From Acidimicrobiales bacterium (lineage in GTDB: Bacteria; Actinomycetota; Acidimicrobiia; Acidimicrobiales; CADCTF01), in assembly GCA_035540495.1 (NCBI GenBank), contig DATLGL010000047.1:30383-94382 (forward strand): 64,000 nt of DNA. The letters run 5' to 3'. A program made the position numbers and the translations under genes. The notes beneath the pieces are model-generated. The model searched no databases. It saw only the letters and a list, made by a program, of their open reading frames with translations, and was not told the DNA's origin. Below, piece by piece: positions 29,108 to 35,756 of the stretch (the stretch's first letter is position 1; each line of letters opens with the position of its first letter).

Positions 29108-29956
29108 GTGATGCCCCGCCGCAGCAGATTCGCCGCACTCTTCGTCGCGCTCAGCGCTCTGCTCGCACCTGCCGTCGCCATCCCAGCGCCTGCATCGGCG
29201 GCCGGCCCCGGCTACTGGCTCCTCAAGGCCGACGGTGGCATCCACGCCTACGGCGGCGCCACCCACGCCGGTGACACCGGCGGCAACGTGCCCGATCCGA
29301 CGCCGGCGATGGCTGCCATGCGATCGGGCGGCGGCTACTGGATCGGCGCCCGAAACGGCGTGGTCTACGCGTTCGGGGACGCCCGCTTCTACGGCAGCGC
29401 AGCGGGACGCCGGCTGAACCAACCGATCGTCGGCATGGCGTCGACGCCCGGCGACGACGGGTACTGGCTCGTCGCGAGCGACGGCGGCGTCTTCAACTTC
29501 GGAGCGGCCGGCTACCACGGCTCGACCGGAGACATCCGCCTCAACTCGCCGATCCTCGCGATGGCGTCCACGGTCTCCGGCGGCGGCTACTGGATGGTGG
29601 CCGGCGACGGCGGCATCTTCACGTTCGGCGACGCGCCGTTCTTCGGGTCGACCGGTGCGATGCGCCTGAACCGGCCCGTGGTCCGGATGGAGCCGACGCC
29701 GTCCGGTCGCGGCTACTGGCTCGTGGCCAGCGACGGCGGCATCTTCGCCTTCGGCGACGCCGGCTTCCACGGCTCGACGGGAGCGATGCGGCTCAACTCG
29801 CCGATCGTCGGCATGGCCTCGAACGCCGACGGCAGCGGTTACTGGCTGGTCGCGGCCGACGGCGGCGTCTTCACCTTCGGCACTGCCGACTTCCACGGCT
29901 CGGCCGGCGGTGGAGGGCTGACGGCCCCCGTCGTCGACGTCGTCGCGTCCCGCTGA
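29108..29956 (+). CDS. Secreted six-repeat ('GYW' repeat) beta-propeller-like protein
   Basis: Sec signal ending ..APASA/AGPG. Six tandem 41-42-aa units 'GYWLVASDGGVFxFGDAxFxGSxGxxxLNxPIVGMAxT'. First gene of a translationally coupled operon. Confidence 0.75.
   Translation: MMPRRSRFAALFVALSALLAPAVAIPAPASAAGPGYWLLKADGGIHAYGGATHAGDTGGNVPDPTPAMAAMRSGGGYWIGARNGVVYAFGDARFYGSAAGRRLNQPIVGMASTPGDDGYWLVASDGGVFNFGAAGYHGSTGDIRLNSPILAMASTVSGGGYWMVAGDGGIFTFGDAPFFGSTGAMRLNRPVVRMEPTPSGRGYWLVASDGGIFAFGDAGFHGSTGAMRLNSPIVGMASNADGSGYWLVAADGGVFTFGTADFHGSAGGGGLTAPVVDVVASR
29210..29953 (+). repeat. Intragenic tandem repeat, six units of about 126 nt
   Basis: Tyr of the GYW motif falls at residues 36, 77, 119, 161, 203 and 245. 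The DNA-level repeat is visible (ggctactggctcgt...gacggcggc.tcttc..cttcgg). Confidence 0.8.
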
Positions 29957-30480
29957 TGGACGAACTCGCGTCGGCAGCAGCCCTCGTCCTCGCCATCGTG
30001 TTCGTGTGGGCGGGCGTGGCCAAGCTCGCCCGTCCGAGCGACACCGCGGAGTCGTTCGCGGCGCTGGGGTTGCCCGCGGCGAAAGCACTTGCCCGGGTCG
30101 TCCCCGTGGTCGAGCTGGCGCTCGCCGCGGGCCTCGTGTTCCGCCCCGCGGTCGCATCCTGGGCCGCGCTCGTGGTGCTCGGCGCGTTCACCTTCGTGAT
30201 CTGGGTGGCCATCCACCGAGGCGTGCAGGCGCCGTGCAACTGCTTCGGGTCGGCCCGGAAGGAGCCGGTGTCGACGCTCGAGCTCGTGCGCAACGCGATG
30301 CTCGCCGGGCTCGCGGTCATCGCCACCGCGGCCCACGGCGCCGCTGGATGGCCCGGGGTGCCTTCGGTCATCGCGATCACGGTGATCGTCGCGTTCGGCC
30401 GGCTCTCCCTCGCGCTGGCCGAGTTCCGGCGGACGGGCGGGCGGATCTTCCCGACGATGCCCGGCGGATCTCCGCGATGA
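29956..30480 (+). CDS. MauE/DoxX-family redox-associated membrane protein
   Basis: Four hydrophobic helices and the family-typical 'APCNCFG' motif. Its start overlaps the upstream stop (TGATG). Confidence 0.75.
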   Translation: MDELASAAALVLAIVFVWAGVAKLARPSDTAESFAALGLPAAKALARVVPVVELALAAGLVFRPAVASWAALVVLGAFTFVIWVAIHRGVQAPCNCFGSARKEPVSTLELVRNAMLAGLAVIATAAHGAAGWPGVPSVIAITVIVAFGRLSLALAEFRRTGGRIFPTMPGGSPR

Positions 30481-30950
30481 GCGGGTCGGTCTGGGTCGTC
30501 AGCTACGTGCTCCTGTGGCTCGCCGTCGTGGGACTCACGGTGGTCGTCATCGCGTTGCTTCGCCAGGTCGGCGTTCTCCACGCTCGCCTGCAGCCGCTCG
30601 GCGTCCATCCCGCAGGGGAGGGGCCGCACGAGGGAGAACCGGCGCCGCCGCTTCCCGCCGTCGACTACTCCGACGCAGCGGCGACCCTCGTCACCTTCAC
30701 CTCGCCGACGTGCACGGTGTGCGAGCAGTTGGCTCCCTCGTTGCGCGCACTCGAGGCGCAGTACGGCGACGTGAGGCTCGTAGAGATCGCGATGAACGCC
30801 GACACGAGCGCGGTGTTCTCGGCCTTCGCCGTCCGTTCGACGCCGTACCTCGTGGCCGTCGACCGCGAGGGGATCGTGCGCGGCAAGGGAGTCGCGAACT
30901 CGTTGGAACAAGCGGAGGTCCTGGTGGAGGAAGCGCTCGCCGATGCCTGA
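30477..30950 (+). CDS. Membrane-anchored thioredoxin-fold protein, MauD/TlpA-like (CxxC = CTVC)
   Basis: ATG 30477 (ATGA overlap). N-terminal TM anchor 'VWVVSYVLLWLAVVGLTVVVIALL', then 'VTFTSPTCTVCEQL' and 'STPYLVAVD' thioredoxin-fold elements. The track embeds it in a longer off-frame-start ORF. Confidence 0.75.
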   Translation: MSGSVWVVSYVLLWLAVVGLTVVVIALLRQVGVLHARLQPLGVHPAGEGPHEGEPAPPLPAVDYSDAAATLVTFTSPTCTVCEQLAPSLRALEAQYGDVRLVEIAMNADTSAVFSAFAVRSTPYLVAVDREGIVRGKGVANSLEQAEVLVEEALADA

Positions 30951-32367
30951 GCTCGACGGGATCGCTGAGGGAGCGGCGCGCTGGCTCGCTCGCCGGCACA
31001 CACGGCGGTCGTTCCTCGGGCGTCTCGGCAGGGGAGCCGTGTTCGTGGCCGGCGGATCGACGCTGGCGACGCTTCTGCTCGAGCAGGAGGCCGAGGCTCG
31101 GGTGTGCGGGCAGTCCGGCGTGAGCACCAAGTGCGACACCTACGACTGCGGCGACGTGTGGGGCTGGTGCTGGTACGCCTCAGGGTGTTGCGCGGGCGGC
31201 GAGCTCAAGAAGATCTGCGACTGCTGCCGCGCCGACCACCCGAACGTGCACGGGTACTGCCCGAGCGGCACGAACGTGCTGTGCATCGTCGAGAGCTGCG
31301 GCGCCGATCCGCGGGTGCAGGTCGTCTCGCTTCGCCGGGTCACCACCGACGAGGTGATCGCCGCGTCCGCGCTGGCGTCCCGCGCTCGCGCAGGCGAGGG
31401 CCAGGGCCCCGTGGTCTGGATGGTGAACGCAGCCGACCCGTTGTTGGCTGCCGTCGTCGCCCCGGTCGCGGTGCGGGCGAACGCCATCCTTCTCCTGACC
31501 GATGGATCCGGGCTCGCCGCGCAGACGATCGCGGAGCTCCAGCGGCTCGGCACGGCGCGCGCGGTCCTCGCCGGCACCGGCATCGGCCCGGGGGTCGAGC
31601 AAGCCCTCGCGCGTTATGGGATCGTCGCCGAGCGCCATGAACCGTCGGCCGACGCGATCGTGATGTCGCGCCGCACGACCGAGGAACTGCTTGCCGCCGG
31701 AGCTCGACGGGTGGTCTGCATCGAACCCGCCGGCTTCTCGCTCGCCGCCGCGCCACTGGCCGGAGCGCTCGCGGCGGCGAAGGGGTACCCCGTCGTGATC
31801 GGCGTCGACGCCGCACGTGAGCTGTCGGTCCGAGCAGCGGGAGCGCGACCTGTGCTCACGTACATGGTGGGGCCTGAAGCGGCATCGCGGGCCGGCGAGG
31901 TGCAAGGCGGCCACCCGTTCCACTCAGCCGACTGGGCCTCGTTGTCGTCGGAGATGTTCACCGCGGCGTTCCAGACCGAGAACGTCGGGGGTGGGCGGCT
32001 CGCCCTCGTACCCGCAGGTTCCCCTGCGCTGCACGGAGCGCTGAGCTTCGGCGGGCCGATCCTGGTGCACGGCTCAGGCGTGTTGGAAGGCGTCCGCGAC
32101 GCGCTGTTCCAGTCGCGCGATCGCTTCCGGTCGGCAGCGCTGATCGGCGGCGCGAACGCTCTGTCGACACAGGCGTACTACGAGTTGCAGTCGATCGTGA
32201 ACGGCTTCGAGGCCCACAAGCTCATCGGCGTCGCGGGCCAGGGACTTCCGGTGATCGACCAGCCGCTGGCCGAACGCCCGGTCGGTCTCGCCCGCCGGTC
32301 GAGCGCGAGTCAGGTGCAGGCGGAGTCGCGGTACTGGACCGACCGGGTCCGCTCCCTCGGCTCCTGA
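30943..32367 (+). CDS. Tat-exported protein: 12-Cys/Trp-rich module (MauA-light-chain-like features) fused to three cell-wall-binding-repeat-2-like domains
   Basis: Twin-arginine motif 'TRRSFLG' plus h-region and AEA site. 12 Cys within residues 55-119 ('VWGWCWYASGCC', 'ICDCC', 'YCPSGT'). Then three roughly 100-aa units of the pattern 'AD.L.A...A....A.ILLT......T...L......AVL.G....I'. Confidence 0.7.
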   Translation: MPELDGIAEGAARWLARRHTRRSFLGRLGRGAVFVAGGSTLATLLLEQEAEARVCGQSGVSTKCDTYDCGDVWGWCWYASGCCAGGELKKICDCCRADHPNVHGYCPSGTNVLCIVESCGADPRVQVVSLRRVTTDEVIAASALASRARAGEGQGPVVWMVNAADPLLAAVVAPVAVRANAILLLTDGSGLAAQTIAELQRLGTARAVLAGTGIGPGVEQALARYGIVAERHEPSADAIVMSRRTTEELLAAGARRVVCIEPAGFSLAAAPLAGALAAAKGYPVVIGVDAARELSVRAAGARPVLTYMVGPEAASRAGEVQGGHPFHSADWASLSSEMFTAAFQTENVGGGRLALVPAGSPALHGALSFGGPILVHGSGVLEGVRDALFQSRDRFRSAALIGGANALSTQAYYELQSIVNGFEAHKLIGVAGQGLPVIDQPLAERPVGLARRSSASQVQAESRYWTDRVRSLGS

Positions 32368-32368
32368 C

Positions 32369-32440
32369 GTGACGTTCCTCGTCGCGGTCGCGCTCGTCGC
32401 CGCGTTGTTGGCCGCGGTGCGCTCGCTCTGGTCGCCCTGA
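32369..32440 (+). CDS. 23-codon hydrophobic ORF (VTFLVAVALVAALLAAVRSLWSP-TGA). Either an independent micro-protein or the N-terminal TM helix of the next gene if the TGA is recoded
   Basis: GTG lies 1 nt after the upstream stop. All 23 third codon positions are G/C. In frame with ORF 32462-33628. Confidence 0.3.
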   Translation: MTFLVAVALVAALLAAVRSLWSP

Positions 32441-32461
32441 GGCCTGTCCGTCGCCGAGACG

Positions 32462-33628
32462 GTGGTGCCCTCGGTCCGGGGGCCGAAGCGCATCCTGGTC
32501 GCGTCCCTGCTGACGATCTCGTCCGCCGGCTCCGGCGCGCTCACCGGGTTCGTCCTGGGCGTCATCGGCGAGGCCTTCGGCGTTGCTGACGTGCCGCGGT
32601 GGGCAGTCGTCGTCGCGGCAGCGCTCGTCGTCGTGGTCGATGCGTTCGTCCCGCCGCTGTCGGTCCGACGGCAGGTGCCGCAGCTGTGGGGTCGGGTCTT
32701 CGACGTGCGCACGACGGCCGTTCTCTACGGGCTGCGGCTGGGCGTCGGCCCGCTGACCATCCTCCGGACGTGGTGGTGGTGGTTCGCCGTCGTCACCGCC
32801 GCGCTGGCGGGCGTGTGGTGGTCGGTGGCGGTGGGTGCGTCGTTCGGCGTGGCCCGGATCCTCGTGATGCTCGGCGCCGGCACACGAGCCGGCTGCATGC
32901 GGCGGAGCGAGCGACTGGCGATCGCTTCTGGTGCTGGCGTCCTCGCGGTGATCGTGGTCGCTGCGCTCGCTCTTCCGGAGGAGCTCGCAGGCGATGACCG
33001 CAGCTCTGCGTCGAGATCGCGCGCGCCGGCGCCCTCTGCCGCTCCGACGAACGACGGGAGCGCAGCGCCGTCGACGTCGAGTGTCCCCGCGCCGAGGGCG
33101 ATCCCCGCCGACCCCGGCCTGGTATTGGCGCTCCCCGCCGACATCGGCGAGCGGTATGAGCTCATCCCCGACGATCCTGGTCGAGCGTTGGGAGCGCTCG
33201 ACCTCGCCACCGCGGCCGCCATCGAGCAGGACGAACCCGCTGAGCGCTCACTCCTCGAGACCCGCCGGTTCCAGATCGGCCACGCGCGTGCCTGGCGACA
33301 CCGCGACGGCCGGGTCGCCTATGTCGCCGCGTACCGCTTCGGCTCCGCTGACGACGCCGCTGCCTACCTCGTCGACGGGTTCATAACGCTCGAGAGCCGC
33401 GGAGCGCGCGTCTACGGGCTCGCCTCGCCGGCAGGCGCTAGAGGATTCAGCCAGGCCGCCAGCGCGGGGGAGACGAGCGAGGTCGCCCACGGTGTCGGCT
33501 TCACCAGAGGGGACGTGCTCGTCCTGGTCGTGGAGACCTCGCGTGGTTCCGCAGCCACTCCGTCGGGCGCTCAGCGGATCGCCCAACTGGTCGAGATGTC
33601 TGTGGCCGAACCTCGATCGGCGTGGTGA
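32462..33628 (+). CDS. Polytopic membrane protein with Ser/Pro-rich linker and extracytoplasmic C-terminal domain, unknown function
   Basis: At least four hydrophobic helices (residues 10-170, including the 'WWWWF' helix), a low-complexity linker, then a roughly 170-aa globular region. Last gene of the coupled operon. Confidence 0.6.
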   Translation: MVPSVRGPKRILVASLLTISSAGSGALTGFVLGVIGEAFGVADVPRWAVVVAAALVVVVDAFVPPLSVRRQVPQLWGRVFDVRTTAVLYGLRLGVGPLTILRTWWWWFAVVTAALAGVWWSVAVGASFGVARILVMLGAGTRAGCMRRSERLAIASGAGVLAVIVVAALALPEELAGDDRSSASRSRAPAPSAAPTNDGSAAPSTSSVPAPRAIPADPGLVLALPADIGERYELIPDDPGRALGALDLATAAAIEQDEPAERSLLETRRFQIGHARAWRHRDGRVAYVAAYRFGSADDAAAYLVDGFITLESRGARVYGLASPAGARGFSQAASAGETSEVAHGVGFTRGDVLVLVVETSRGSAATPSGAQRIAQLVEMSVAEPRSAW

Positions 33629-33750
33629 CGTCATCGGCCGCGTGATGCTCCGGCCGTCGTGGCCCAGGCGCGACTTTCGGCCACTCGGCGACGGGCGGGA
33701 TTCGTCGTCCGAATGACCGAAAGCGCGGGTGTCCGCGAAGCCGGTGGGGG

Positions 33751-34377
33751 TCAGCCGGCTGCGGACACGGCTGCCGCGAGCGCGCGTTGGTGACGGTCGA
33801 CGGCCCAACGGACGCCGTCGTGGCAGACAGCCGGGTGGTAGTCGAGGCGCATCAGCTGGCGCTCCGTCTCCTCGATGCCGAGGCCCGCCTCGAGGTACGA
33901 GAGCGCGAGTTGGCGGGCTCGCTGGCGCTGCTGCTCGACCGCGGGGATCTGCAGCTGGTGCTCCTGCCACGACCGGTGGGCCCGCTGGAGGAGCTCCGGG
34001 AGCCTCGATTGCTGCGCTCTGGTCAGCGGCGGCACCCGTAGCCGCACAGCGAGAGTCGATGCATCCTCGAGCTGCGCGAACTGGAAGCGCACCAGTCGCT
34101 GGATGGTGCGGGCGAACGGCGAGTGACGGCCCAGGCGCTCGCCGAGGCCGAGGCGCTGTGCCGTCGACGTGAGGTCGAGGTCGTAGCCCTCAGGGGTCGC
34201 TTCGAGCGACGTGACGAGGTGGCGCAGGAGCCAGGTGGTCGACGGACCGAGGATCCCGAGCCAGAAGGTCTCCACGTACGAGCTGCAGGGGTGCTGCCCG
34301 ACGGCGTCGATGACCGGGTCGGGCCAGGGGCGGACGGACAGTGAGTTCTCGAGGTCGAGCGGAAAGGGGATCGGCAC
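33751..34377 (-). CDS. Conserved hypothetical protein (possible winged-helix fold)
   Basis: GTG start, high GC3, 208 aa. No motif I can name. Lies downstream of pilT on the same strand. Confidence 0.55.
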   Translation of the reverse strand: MPIPFPLDLENSLSVRPWPDPVIDAVGQHPCSSYVETFWLGILGPSTTWLLRHLVTSLEATPEGYDLDLTSTAQRLGLGERLGRHSPFARTIQRLVRFQFAQLEDASTLAVRLRVPPLTRAQQSRLPELLQRAHRSWQEHQLQIPAVEQQRQRARQLALSYLEAGLGIEETERQLMRLDYHPAVCHDGVRWAVDRHQRALAAAVSAAG

Positions 34378-34483
34378 GGCTGCTCCCAGCTAGCGGCGTG
34401 TTCAGGAACCGAGGAAGTGTCTCTTCGCATTTCTCAATGCATTTCATGTTCTACCAGCGCTCCTGATTGCTTCGCAAGGCAAA

Positions 34484-35635
34484 TTACCAGGCGGCGACCT
34501 CCGGGCGGGACGGTTCTTCGACGCCGTTGTTGTGCAACAGAAGCTGCAGGTCGTGCGGGTTCGACGCGTGGGCCAGCGCCGTCGGCACGTCGATCACGCG
34601 CTCTGCGCACAGGCGGGCCAGCGACTGGTCGAAGGTGGTCATGCCGTAGTACTCCCCGCGGGCGATGATCTCGCTGATGTCCCCGTGGCGGTCGGGATCG
34701 AGCACGCACTGCTGGACGCGGCCGTTGGCGATCAAGATCTCCACGGCCGGAACCCGCCCCGGCGTGTAGCTCGTCGGCACCAGCCGCTGCCCGATGACGC
34801 CCTTGAGCGTGCTGGCGAGGCTCATCCGCACCTGGTGGTGCTGGTGCGGAGGGAAGAAGTCGACGATGCGGGTCACGGTCTCCACCGCGTCGCTCGTGTG
34901 GAGGGTCGACAGCACGAGGTGCCCGGTCTCGGCCGCGTGGATCGCGGCGGACACGGTCTCCAGGTCGCGCATCTCGCCGACGAGGATGACGTCGGGATCC
35001 TGGCGCATCGCTGCGCGCATCGCCGAAGGGAAGTCCTTGGTGTCGACGCCGATCTCACGCTGGGAGATCTCGGCCCGGTCAGGGCGATGGACGACCTCGA
35101 TCGGATCCTCGATCGTGACCACGTGGCAATCGCGGGTGCGATTGATGTGGGCGATCATCGCAGCGAGCGTCGTGGTCTTGCCGGAACCTGTCGGACCGGT
35201 CACCAGCACGAGACCACGCTGCTCTTGGGCGAGACGCTCGACCGTCGGCGGCAGGTTCAGCTGGACGAACGACGGGACCTTCGACGTGACGTGACGGAAG
35301 GTCATGGCCAGCCCACCCGCCTGCCGATAGACGTGGACGCGGAACCGCCCGACCTCGTCGTCCTGATAGGAGACGTCGACCTCCTCGCCCTGCTCGAGCT
35401 TGTCGACAGCCTCAGGCCGCAGGATCCCGCGCGCGAAGTCGGAGAGCTCCTGCGCACCCAGAGGGGACTCGCCGGCGACCTTCTCGAGGCGCCCGTCGAC
35501 CCGGACCCGAGGCGACGATCCGCTCTGCAGATGGAGGTCGGACCCGCGCGCGCTCACGACGAGCGCGAGCAATCGAGCGAGCCGAGGGTTCTGCGTGGTC
35601 GTCTGTCCGATCGGACGGTCGAGAATCGCGGTCAT
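34484..35635 (-). CDS. pilT: PilT-family type IV pilus retraction ATPase
   Basis: Walker A 'GPTGSGKTTT', 'IEDPIE', Walker B 'DPDVILVGEMRD', 'TGHLVLSTLHT' His box. PilT-like length. Confidence 0.88.
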   Translation of the reverse strand: MTAILDRPIGQTTTQNPRLARLLALVVSARGSDLHLQSGSSPRVRVDGRLEKVAGESPLGAQELSDFARGILRPEAVDKLEQGEEVDVSYQDDEVGRFRVHVYRQAGGLAMTFRHVTSKVPSFVQLNLPPTVERLAQEQRGLVLVTGPTGSGKTTTLAAMIAHINRTRDCHVVTIEDPIEVVHRPDRAEISQREIGVDTKDFPSAMRAAMRQDPDVILVGEMRDLETVSAAIHAAETGHLVLSTLHTSDAVETVTRIVDFFPPHQHHQVRMSLASTLKGVIGQRLVPTSYTPGRVPAVEILIANGRVQQCVLDPDRHGDISEIIARGEYYGMTTFDQSLARLCAERVIDVPTALAHASNPHDLQLLLHNNGVEEPSRPEVAAW

Positions 35636-35756
35636 GCGAGCTCCTCGTTGTGCCGGTGTTGGCTGAAGCCGTTATCGCTTCGCGCCGACGACCTCCTTGA
35701 GCCGATGTGGCGAGATTGCCTAGGTCGGTGCACGGCTGTCACCGCCCGTACGAGGG

